Positions 40,864 to 51,958 of a stretch of DNA of 64,000 nucleotides are shown here, piece after piece (within the stretch, counting starts at the first letter, position 1; every line of letters starts with the position of its first letter). The stretch spans positions 186,001 to 250,000 of the forward strand of contig JAVKOQ020000032.1 in assembly GCA_031835245.2 (NCBI GenBank), given 5' to 3'. This DNA is from Balamuthia mandrillaris (Eukaryota). The notes under the pieces were generated by a model that was not told the DNA's origin, made no database searches, and saw nothing but the letters and a program-made list of their open reading frames with translations. Position numbers and translations under genes: made by a program.

Positions 40864-42423
40864 GTTAACGTATGATAACCAACAGGGAGAAGTGGCGGTT
40901 CACGAGTTAGAACTGGGTCCTACTATACCTCACATTGAGTCGATTACCACCAACCTCGTAAATAACGAAATTGTGCGTCTCTTCTCACTTCTCACGCGTC
41001 CTTTCACTCGCTCGCTCTCTCTCTCTCTCTCTCTCTTACACTCTCACTCTCTCTCTCTCTCTCCTAATCTTGAAACCAAAAAACATAGAGAATGGTAGTG
41101 GAAGTGGTATACGAGGGAGGTCTGTCCTTCGCAGCTGAATCAGAGCTTTGGATCAACTGGCCAGTGGCCAAATTCGCCTCTCTCCCGGTTTCTTTGGGCA
41201 TTTCTCTCCTTCTCCTTCGCGCTAAACTTCTGTTGGTCCTCTCTCCTTCTTCATCATCTTCATCTGCTGCTTCCAACAAGGGAGGAGAAGAAAATGAATT
41301 TGGATGTTGTTTACTCGGACTTTTAGGAGAACCGGAAATAGAGCTCTCCATTCGCTCCATTCTTGGATACGATCAACAGTTGAGAGACGTCCCCAAAATC
41401 GCCGAATTCTTGACTGGCACTCTTCGACAGATGCTGCGGAAGATGTTGGCTCTGCCCATCGAAAGTGTGGAGGAGGAAATCCCTCGTCCTTGGCATCAAC
41501 ATCTTCACAGCGGCATTTCATTCCAACTTCCTGTTCATGGTAGACCGTTGGATCTGCGTGTTCTTCATTATTCTTCTGCTCAGTCTTCTTCTACTTTGAA
41601 GGATGAACAGAAAGAAGAACAACAAACAGAGCAACAAAAGGAAGGGGGAGAACAAGTGAAACGGCAGAATAAGAAGAAGATAACAAAAGAAGAGAGAGAA
41701 GCGAAGAAGAACCGAAAAAGACAATCAGCGACGAAAAACAACACCAAGCAAAACAAAAGAAAAAGAGAACGAGGCACAAACGAAAGACCGCATCGCCCTC
41801 CAATAATCACTCGCTCCACTCCCGCTTCTACAACACGAGCAAGAGCATTAAGTGATCCAGATCAGGACGAAAAGTACATTGTTGCAGAACCGGTTCCATT
41901 CTCTTCTCCGTTACTGCCTTCTTCTTCTTCTTCTTCAGCTTCTTCTCTTCCTTCCATCAATAACAACAACAGCAAACAGAAGTCGGGTATGAAGAGAAGC
42001 AGTTCTGTTCTTCCACTATCTCAACTAGATCGACACGCAGAGGACGATGAAGAAGAAAATGAAGATGAAGAAGCAAGAAGAAAAACGAGAATACTGCGGC
42101 GACACTCGCAACCACCGCAATTACACAGTCGCAGCCAAAAAGGGAACAGCTTTGAAGGAAGTTCCACCAACGAAGATGATACAAGTTTTAGCAGTGAAGA
42201 AAGCAACAGTGAATATTTTAGCGACGAAGAAGGAAATGAAAGGAGCATTTCGTACAGTGAAGAAGATGATAGCAACTTTGACGATGAAGAAGAGGACGAG
42301 GATGAAGAGGACGAAGGAGAAACGATACGCGAGGAGGACCTGAAGAGCACCAGCATATCCTCACCTCACCGCCTTCGTCGAAGACGTTACAGCAGAAAAA
42401 TTATCTCCTCTTATTTAAGTTAA
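40142..42423 (+). CDS. MMM1: ERMES subunit Mmm1-like SMP-domain protein, 3 exons
   Basis: N-terminal TM SFVAGLLLG; ESGVWLNVLAE; ELELGPTIP; INWPVAKFASLPVSL; SILGYDQQLRDVPKIAE. These resemble fungal Mmm1 motifs. Confidence 0.75.
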
Positions 42424-42466
42424 TGCTTTTTTTTTCTCTACAGAGCTTTTAAAAACTTTTATTCAG

Positions 42467-43698
42467 TTATTCAGAGTCAGAGCTGCTAGGAGTGCTGCTG
42501 CTAGCGCTCGACTCGCTGTCGCTGTCACTCTCGCTGTCGCTATCGCTGCTGTCGCTTTCGCTCTCGCTCTCGCTTTCGCTGCTGGACTCTGAGAATGGAT
42601 CCGCTGAGGTCCCAGTTGTCTTCCGTTGTTGTTCTTGTTGTTGAGTTTGAGAAGAAGCAGAGGAAGAAGTTGATACAGCAGAAGCAGAAGTAGTTTCTTC
42701 TTTTGTTTTTCTTCGGCGAGCGGAGGCAGAAGCACCAGCGCCTTTTGTCTTGGCACGAGGTTTGCTTTCGCGAGCACTTCCTCGGCTCCTTCTTTGTGTC
42801 GTTGTTTTCCGTTGTTGCTGTTTCTTTGCGTCTTCTTCTTCGTTTGTTTCTCCCAACATGTTTTCCATCTCCGATTCCAACAAATTTGCTAACTCTGCTC
42901 CCATTTCACTGGTGCTGTCTCGCAAGTTTAGAGAAGTGCTCTCTTTCTTGGCTGTTGGTGTTGTTGGTTGTGTTTGTTTTGAAGATCCTTCCCATTCAAT
43001 GTCTGCAGAAGAGGCCTCTTCCTCTTCCTCGATCTCCTCCAATTCGATCTCCTCTACTTCTTCCTCCACGTCCTCCGTTTTCTCGGTCCGCTTTTGGTTG
43101 TCGACACTACTCACCGTTGTGGTTGCCCCCACTTCTCCAGCCACTGTCTGTTCCAGCAAGGAAGCAAAGTTAGAATCCAATAGATCCTCATGTTCGCCTG
43201 CCTTCTTCTTCACCTTTTCTTCTTCATCATCCTCGGAGGAGGATTCCGCGCTAGAAGAGGACTCCTCATCCGAAGATGCCAAGTTGAGCCTTGTTGCAGC
43301 GGCAGGCCGCTTCGACGTTGCTGTCGTTGTGGCGGTAGTGGTAGGAGTAAGTGATGTTTTCTGTCGTTTAGATTTGGTGTGTTGAAACGCTGTCTTGATT
43401 TGTGGCATCTCTGTCGTGTAATCGTGTTTTCGTTTTACATTGCTTGGAATAGGAACAGCTGTCAGACAACAAAAGAAAGGAAGAAATGTGTTAGTGGTGA
43501 TAAAAGAGAACGAGACACGAAACGACAGAACGAGAGAACAAAGAAGCACAGAACAGAGAGAGAGAACGAGAGAAGTAACATACGGAAAGAAAGAGAAAGA
43601 GAAAGAGAAAGAGAAAGAGAAAGAGAAAGAGAAAGAGAAAGAGAAAGAGAAACGACGAAAGAGAAACGACGAAAGAGAAACGACGAAAGAGAAACGAC

Positions 43699-43732
<34 letters not shown>

Positions 43733-44012
43733 AACAAAGAGCCAGAGAAAGCAGGAAATGAGAGAAACAAGGAACGAGAGAAGGATGCAGAGAGGAGAAA
43801 GTTACGTTCTTCATCAGCCGGTTGAAATTGCGTTGGTTGTCCGCGCACACCTTTCATGCCTCTGCCAGAACCAGTCAAGCGTTCTAACCGAAAGCACTTG
43901 CCGTCGAAAATAAGAACGCACTCCTGGTCCTTGGACTTCATGTAATGACCTTGCAGCAACACAACTTTCTCCGGATGCTGTGAGAGAGAGACTTCGTATT
44001 AGTAGCGAAAAA

Positions 44013-44046
<34 letters not shown>

Positions 44047-44430
44047 TGATGAAGCGAAGAGAGATGTGATGAAGCGAAGAGAGAACATAAAAAGAGAACT
44101 ACAATAACAATAACAACAAGAAGATTAACGGAGGGAGAGAGAGAGAGAACCTTTTTGTCTTTAAACTGTGCGACCACATCTCGATCGTAGGAGTATTGTA
44201 TGACGCCAGGCTCGTCCTCGTTCACGGAGGCAGGCTTGAAGGAATCTACAAGTTTCACACAGACAAAACAAGAAAAAAAAATGAGTTTCTTGAAATGATA
44301 CTTTGCAGAACAGGAAAAAAAAACCCGTACATAAGAGGTTGTGGTAGCTCTTCTTGCTTTGTTCGTTGGGTTGCAAGAACGTCTCTCCCAAGACGACCTT
44401 ATACTCCACCCCATCCTTTGGCGCCTCCAT
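42467..44430 (-). CDS. EAF: ELL-associated factor (EAF) family protein, 4 exons
   Basis: YKVVLGETF, YSFKPASV, ECVLIFDGKCFRLERL, followed by an acidic Ser-rich C-terminus. Confidence 0.8.
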
Positions 44431-44746
44431 TCCTTGTTCTTTCCCTCCCTTGCTGCCAGCTCCTCTCTTCCTTCCTTCCTTCTGCGCATGCAACCAAAGG
44501 TCGAAACAGAAAGAAAGAACCCCCCCCCTCCTATGCTTTTGTTTTCACCTCCTCCACACTCCTCCTACCTCTCTCTTCTTCTCTTTTTCTTCCTCCTTTT
44601 TTTTTTTCTGTTTCTCTTTCTGTTCTTTTTCAGTGAGGAGCAAAAACGCAAAAAAAACTAAGTCTTTTTTCTCTCTTCTCTTCTCTCCCTCCTCTCTGCC
44701 TTTTCTCTCTCTCTCTCTCTCTTCCAAAGGCCAAAATACTTTTTTC

Positions 44747-44794
<48 letters not shown>

Positions 44795-44980
44795 ATACGC
44801 CAAAACAGCAGTTCCACCGAAAAAAGCAGAGAGAGGAGGAAGAAGAACAGAAACGAAAAGTATTACATGTGTAGCATCAGAGTGGAAAAGGTTAAAAGAA
44901 TAAAAAGAGAAAGTGAGGGGAGAGAGAGTAGATGAAGAAGCTAGCGGGAGCAGGGAGCAATGTTGTGTTGTTGTGAGGTT

Positions 44981-45034
44981 GTCAACCCAGCTTCCAACCA
45001 AATGTAGAGGTAGGTTTTCAGAAGAGGGCTTCAT
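44981..45034 (-). promoter_or_regulatory. SECIS element (form 2-like) in the SELENOK 3' UTR
   Basis: Minus strand ATGAA-GCCCTCTTCTG-AAA-ACC(loop)GGT-TGGAAGCTGGGT-TGAC: AUGA/GA quartet, 11-nt helix II, unpaired AAA and apical mini-stem. Confidence 0.75.
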
Positions 45035-45198
45035 GAGCTTTTAACGTTTTGGTTCAGGTTGAAAGAGAGGAAGAACCGCCATCAAAAAAGAGGAAGGAGA
45101 TGAATGTCATCTCCTTGCGTCATGATGGTGCCTTGTGGTTCAATGCCTTCAACCAGACCAAGAAACGTAAAAGTGGTGAAAAAACAACAGACACTGCT

Positions 45199-45253
45199 CG
45201 GCAAAAGTGCTTGTTCTAAAGAGGAAGAAAGGAGGGGAACAAGCACTTTACCG
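45199..45253 (-). promoter_or_regulatory. UGA-proximal stem-loop (SRE-like)
   Basis: Perfect 13-bp inverted repeat 45237-45249 / 45204-45216 with a 20-nt loop, starting 7 nt after the Sec UGA. Confidence 0.6.
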
Positions 45254-46070
45254 TCCTCATCCTCCTGCCATCGGCACTTGATGTACTTCTGTTGGCGTAT
45301 TCGGTGGTAAAAGAATTGTGAGATAGTGCATTGTGAGAAGAAAGAAAGAAAGAGGGAAAGAAAGAAACGACAAGAAAGAAAAGAAAAGAAAGAAAAGAAA
45401 AGAAAAGAAAAGAAAAGAAAAGAAAAGAAAAGAAAAGAAAAGAAAAGAAAAGAAAAGAAAAGAAAGAAAAGAAAGAAACGACAAGAAAGAAAGAAAGGGC
45501 AAGAAAGAAAGAAAGAGGGAAAGAAAAGAAAAAAGAAAACGTACCAGGCCGTTGTACTCCGGTGATGCGTCCCCTCGAAGGCGGTTGGTGTTCGGTTCTT
45601 CCATGCCTGGCGAGGTATTCTTGCGTTGCCTCAGGCTAGTAACAAAAAAACAAGTAAATAATGAGAAGAAAGCACAAACAAAAAAAAAGGTTGTGGATGC
45701 ATACCGAGATCATAGTTTGTACACTATTTTTGTAAAAAGAGAACAAGACAGAGAAAGGCAGCGCGGTAAGTGATGAGCTGAAAAAAAATCTACAAGTGGG
45801 GGAGTTCACATAGGGGGATTAACAAACGTACAAAAGGGTGATACCATTCACGATGCCCCAAAAGAGATCCGGCACAGCGGAAAGACTCCACGAGGAGCGC
45901 GGCCCCACAGTGCCTTCAAAAAAAAAAAAACACACACACACACACACACACGACCTCATGAGCTCATCCCTCCACTCAACACAACACGAGAAAGAGAGAG
46001 AGAGAGAGAGAAAGAGTAAAAAACACAAACCATCGCTACGCACATAAGTCTGCGATCGCGTGGATGACAT
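45248..46070 (-). CDS. SELENOK: Selenoprotein K (90 aa, Sec UGA at 45259-45257); exons 46070-46031, 45913-45832, 45723-45705, 45635-45545, 45288-45248
   Basis: MSSTRSQTYVRSDGTVGPRSSWSLSAVPDLFWGIVNGITLFVQTMISPEATQEYLARHGRTEHQPPSRGRITGVQRPEVHQVPMAGG-U-GR*. It has the SelK D-x-F-W-G-I TM region and the PMAGGUGR C-terminus. Confidence 0.92.
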
Positions 46071-46418
46071 CTCTGGCAAAAACCCCGCTTACCTCGCCTC
46101 TTGTTGTTGGTCTTCGCTACTCGATTCACCGCTAACCCTTTTTTTTTTTGTTTTTCTTCTGGAGTTTCCCTGGCTGATGTGGTGCGCGTCGATTGGTTCG
46201 GAGCTTGACGATATTTGGGCTACATTGGGAATGCTGCATTCTAACTTTTCCAATCGGTTGAATTTCAGCGATATCTCAGTATTATCTGACAACTTTGTCG
46301 ACAATTATTTATAACGTGCTTTCTTCAAAAGAAATAGAGAAAGAAAGAGAACAATACTTGCTGCCCACTTCCATCCACCAAACAGCAGCAGCAGCAGCCA
46401 CAAACACTATCCCCAATT

Positions 46419-46862
46419 ATGTCGGCACCTCCCAGTGGCAGCTTCCCTCCTCCCCAAAGTGGCGGCTACGCCCCTCCCCCTTTCGGTGGTGGGTTTGACC
46501 CTCAAAGCGGTTATCCTGGCGGTGGTGGTGGGGGTTTTGCCCCTCCCCCTTTCGGCGGTGCTGCGCCTGGTGGCGGTGGTGGAGCAGCCATGCCGCCTCA
46601 AGAGCAAACCATAAGCTTTAATGGCTACACAGGACCCGTGCCGGTGCCCAGTGGAGGAGAGGGCAAAGACAAGAAGGACAAAAAGGACAAGAAGGAGAAG
46701 AAGGACAAGAAGGATAAGGACGAGAAGGACAAGAAAGATAAGAAGGAGAAGAAGGACAAGAAGGAGGGTAAAGATAAGAAGGACAAGAAGGACAAGAAGG
46801 AGGGCAAAGACAAGAAGGACAAAAAGGACAAGAAAGATAAAAAGGAGAAGAAGGAAAAGTGA
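46419..46862 (+). CDS. Small Gly/Pro-rich protein with a (KDK/KEK)n charged tail, single exon
   Basis: 147-aa ORF. Synonymous codon variation within the KDK repeats argues for protein-level selection. Confidence 0.7.
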   Translation: MSAPPSGSFPPPQSGGYAPPPFGGGFDPQSGYPGGGGGGFAPPPFGGAAPGGGGGAAMPPQEQTISFNGYTGPVPVPSGGEGKDKKDKKDKKEKKDKKDKDEKDKKDKKEKKDKKEGKDKKDKKDKKEGKDKKDKKDKKDKKEKKEK

Positions 46863-46956
46863 GCGTGTTGTTGTTGTTACAAAAAGAGCAGAGCAACTGT
46901 ACAGTCAAGAACAAATTTCACTTCTCTTTCATCTTTCTCCTTCTCTTCCTTTGTGT

Positions 46957-49340
46957 TTACTTGCCTTTTGCTTTCTGGCCCTTTTTGATCAGCTCGCGCA
47001 GCATCACTTCTCTTGCCTCTTTGATCCTATTGCTAAAGATGGAAGCGGACATTGACCCTCTGTCTGCATTCACCACTGTTTGTTTTTAAGCAAAAAGTCA
47101 TAAGCAAACCAAAAGATTTAAAAAGAGTGGAATGAAAAGGGAGCACGGAGGACAAGGTACGTTTTGTCAGGAGAAACTCTGTGAATAGCGGTCCTTGTTC
47201 AAGGATCGATGGGCAAGGTATCAACGGGAGATGGGGTCCTTTTGCAGCTTTCTTGTAGGTTGCCGCCACTCTGTTGTTACGTATAGTGGTAAAGAGATAC
47301 GAGTTGCGCAAGAAGGTGTGAGAGAGAGAGAGAGAGAGCGAGAGCGAGAGCGAGAGCGAGAGAAACATACACATAGCGAGTGGGTTCCTGTGAATCTGAC
47401 TTTGGCAAGGGTTGCACCACTATATACACATCTATTGATGAAGAAGGCTTATCAGTATCATGATAGAAAAAAAAGTAGATAAAAAAAGAGAATAATAGAA
47501 CGAACGATTGTATTGGCTGCACATGATGGAGGGATCAAAGGCTGTTTCCTCCGTACAATCACTATCACGAAAGATGATGACCACCAAATCATTGCCAATG
47601 TGTCTCTTCTTGGAGGTCTGTTGAGAATCTACCGTCTAATCTCGTTGTTAAAAGCGAGACGTACATTCGTTTGTTGTTAAAATCTAAGCGAAAACGTGGA
47701 AAGAAATTAGGAGAAAGAGGAAAGCATACACTGTGTGCCATTAACGTGGACACGTGGAACATGATCTCGATACCATTGTACTCTCTATAGATTGAATATT
47801 TTCCATCCAGATCACCAGCTGTAAACAGAAGAAAAGATGGACAAAGAACGAAAGAGGTATAAGGCACCGCAGTAATGCACGATACAACGAACAAAAAATA
47901 GGAGGCATACTTGTACTTAGGCCTCCTCTGTAACCTTGCCAGCCTTGAAGAGAGATGCGAGTTCCCAATGCGTCCAAGAATTCTTCAAACTCTGCACTTC
48001 CAGTTGCTTTACAAACGAAAACAAAAATTAGCAAAAGAAAATGAGGCAAAAAGAGGAGGAAAATAGGAGAAGGGAGAGCCAACCATTGCCAAGCATCTCA
48101 TCTTCCGTGGTCTGTCCTTTCTTACAATACATAACACCAAACTTACAGCGCACGTGAACAACGTGTTTATGTTCGAATTCGAGCAAAGCGGCGATTAGCG
48201 GCTCGTCTTTAGGGTTTTGGGGTTCCTTTAAATCTTTCAGCGACAGGGATTTACCTCTAGGCGAACCCCTCATCGACCCTTTCATCAACTCACCATCTTT
48301 TTTGAGGGTTGATGGAAGTTTCTCTTTCAAAGCCTGTAGAGAAATTACTGATTAATAAGGAGGACGAGAACAAGCAAAAAGCAGAGGAGATAACAAACCT
48401 TCATTCGGTCAGTGGTTGAGGTATGGGAGCTATTGCACACAATTGTGATTCTCTCGTCTCCATCAACTGTATAGATAAGACCTTTAAACGCACACGCTCT
48501 AGCCTTGTCATCTAAGGTGCCTTTTGATTCCAGTACTATAACTGCCAATTCTTCTCGCGAACCTCCGTCCAAAAAGAAGATGTCGTGTTCTAAACAGAAA
48601 GAGAGAGAATTACTGACTATGGAACAGCGATAGAGTGAAATGCAATGACTCACCAACACCTGGGGTAATAAAGTAGGTTTGATAAGGATGAAAGTTTGGA
48701 GCACTGGCAATGTAAGCTCGTGGCATTCTATCCATGGCTTGGGACATGCTCTCAATGGCGGAGCATCCTAATTCCTTTTATTGAACACATTCCATTAGAA
48801 GAGAGGGAGAGAGGAAGGAGGGAGAGAAAGAGAGAGCGGTAGAGGGAGGGAAAGTGAGCTTACAATATCCATTGATTTTGAAACGTTAAGGGGATTGATG
48901 AGTACAGGAATGTAGGTCTCAATATTTTGCAACTGTGAAAGCAAAGCGAGAAAGTAAGTATTGGGAAGGAGATTAAGTGCAGAAAAAACATAAATAAAAA
49001 TGATAGGGTATGAGCTAAGAGAGAGGAAGAGAAAGAGAGTACATCATTCCAGGAAGAAAACACAGTCGGTCCTGCAGACTGTTTCTTAGATTCCCATGCC
49101 AGCATTGTTGTCTTGAATATGTGAGCGGGTTTGACGACAAATAAGCTATAAGTGAATAAGATTGGAAAAAAGGAGCTGGAACCCTACGCTGACACTTGTG
49201 CGTCGTTTAAAGTTGGGCACCAGAGATAACCAATCCTTTATGCTTCCCTCTTCTTCCATTATGAGAGCACGTTTGACCGCATCCAATGACGGTCGATTTT
49301 GAGCATCAAAATTAGTACAGACCTATTTACGGTTAGCTTT

Positions 49341-49378
<38 letters not shown>

Positions 49379-50560
49379 TCGAAATACCTCAAACAGATCA
49401 AGCAAGTTGCGATATTCATCAGTTTGGCATTCAGCTGGAACCTCTGGCCGTTTGCCAGCAAGGATCATGCTAGGCACTTTCCATTGAGTAACGTCATGGT
49501 AAGGAGCTTGTAATGTGAGCAATTCGTAAAGAACCATGCCAAAAGACCACACTGTAAAATGGAAACAAGATGACAGTATTTGTTAGGGAGGCCAAAAATC
49601 GTGTTGAGTGGGGGAGGAGCAGGTGGATGACTACCATCTACGGAGAAGGAATATTCGCCCATCATCTCGGTACTGAGAATCTCGGGTGCTGTGTACGCAA
49701 AAGTGTTTGTGGCAACACCAGTACGTGCCATTGTGCCTTTCCATACCTTTTTGGCAAATGCAAAGTCGCCAATGAGCAGCCGCTGCACATTCTGTCTTTC
49801 TCCTAATATAAGGTAGATGCTCTCTGTACTGAGGTTACGATGTAAAATGCGATGATTGTGCAAAAAGTCCAAGCCCCGCCAAATATCCAGCATCTATCAT
49901 TTATAAGTGATGTTTTTTTAATAAAAGGAACGAGAATAAGGACATATCATAAAGGCAAGCTAGCTCACCATGGAGATAATTTGAGACTTGGGGAAATAGG
50001 TCCCAACGCCAGTTTGTTTGAGCTTACGCTTATTCGCAAGGAAGCTAGCAAGATTTGAATGTGCTGCGGATACGAACAGTCTCACCTTTCAGAAACCAAC
50101 GAGAATCACCGTCAGAGTAACAAAAGACAGATTCGTAACATGTAATAATCAAACCATACCTGATCACCAACACTGTCGTGATGCAAGTGGCGAATGATGT
50201 TTGGGTGATAGGGAAGGCTTTCCATGACTTCCATTTCCGTCAAGAATGCTTGAGCTGCCTCTTGAGTTTCACACCGAGAGGAAAGCATCACACATTGCCA
50301 TCCTTCTATGTCACAAGAATAGGCAACAGCCCCTGTTACCGACTAAGAATCAGAGGGGCGAAGGTTATATGAGCAAAACTGATAAAGATAAAAGAAGAGA
50401 AAGAGAGATGAGGGTGGGAAAGAAAAATTTTTACGTTCGTGTAGTAGGCGAGCTTTTCGTTCACTTGAATGTTTTTGAGGTTGAGTGTTAACTGGTTACA
50501 ACACAGTAAGTTTAGGTTACGATAAAAACCCAAATCAAAGAATAGAGACCGAGTGAGACA

Positions 50561-50607
<47 letters not shown>

Positions 50608-51091
50608 GAAAGAAAGAAACAACAAGAAATGACAAGAAAAAGGAGAATGACCAACCACGAGAACAGAAGAAAATAAAAAAAAGAGAGTTAAAAGAGCAAA
50701 CCTTCTTCTTGGCTTTAAGGGTCATCTTCTTATCCCCCTTCTTCTTTTCACTGCCCTTATTGGCGTTCTGGCTCCGCAAATGGTAGAGCTGTTCCTGTAG
50801 CTCCATCACCTCCCGGCTCATGGCGGCCACCCGGTCCACCAGCTCCTTTTCCTTGTGCCTCAGCGTCTGCACGCTCCTCTGCAACGTGGCCGCGTCTCTG
50901 GTGTCCGGTTGTGCACCGCCAGAAGAGGAAGCAGCAGCGCTCTCCCCGCCGGTTGCTTGGTCGTCGCTGGGGCCACCCATGGGCGGCGGGTCCTCCACGG
51001 AGAGGGAGCGGAGGCGGGCGAGGTAGCGGCCGCTCAGGTCCGCTCCTTCCAGCCTTTTTTCCACGCCATGGGTGTGCCTGGGGGACTCCAT
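46957..51091 (-). CDS. Coiled-coil + pseudokinase + RapGAP multidomain protein, multi-exon
   Basis: Kinase fold with HRNLSTESI, GDFAFAK, YTAPE and DVWSFGMVLYELLT. RapGAP motifs KFGVMY, FEEFLDALG, YRGGL, IMFHVSTL, KKRHIGND. All junctions are GT-AG and in frame. Confidence 0.85.
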
Positions 51092-51958
51092 GCGTTTTTA
51101 TATATGTTTAACGCTACCCTTTTGCTACTTTTTTTTTATCGCAGTTTTTGTAATCATTTTTATTTTGTTTTTTTGAGGGTCGATCGGAAATGCTTGCCTT
51201 TTTAATGAAGCCTGGGACAGAGCAACTACCAATCGTTTTTTACACTTGATCTTTGAAAGAGTACAACCAGATCATATCCCGTGTAACGCGTTACGCACAT
51301 TCACTTATACTGGTTCTCATATCTTATCTCATGTCTACTCTACTCTTATTGTTATACTCTTATTACTGGAATTGAGTAACTATGGTAACTTACTAGGGAA
51401 TAATTACCATGGTTATCAGATGTCTACAAAAATATTTGGATGACATCATAGAATTTGATCGAATTTATGATCGTGAACCTACAGAGAAACAAATAACCGC
51501 AGGGAGGAGCGAAGCACCACGTACGGTGGAGGCGCAAAACCACGGGAGAAACCTTTTGTTTGCTTGCTTGCTTGCTTACCAGTTGGTGACTCTCTCTGTT
51601 GTCCAGGAAGAATTATATTTTTTTAAAAAAGAAAACACCTCCCATACCGGTAGGCAAGGTACGTACGCCCTCCCCTTGGATTCTCTCTCTGTTTTTTGAC
51701 GTGTTGGCGGGGTATGCCAACAGGTTTTTTTTAATTTTTATTTCTCAGTGTTCTCTGCTTTATTTTTTGGTTCTTTCATTGTGGTGTCTTTTCCCGTTCT
51801 TCTTCTTTTTCGGACAATTTTTTTTGTTTGTTCTTTCAACTACATACATAAATACCATACCCTCACAAGAAAATCATCTTCATCTCATTTCCCCAATCCA
51901 ACGCATCCACATCTAAAAACAAACCTTTTTTTTTTTGAAAAAAAAAAAAACAAAAAAG

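Noticed and set aside
45090..45130. Alternative SECIS at ATGACGCAAGGAGATGA...GATGG
   Set aside because: It has a hairpin but no unpaired AA at the right distance. The 44981-45034 candidate fits better.
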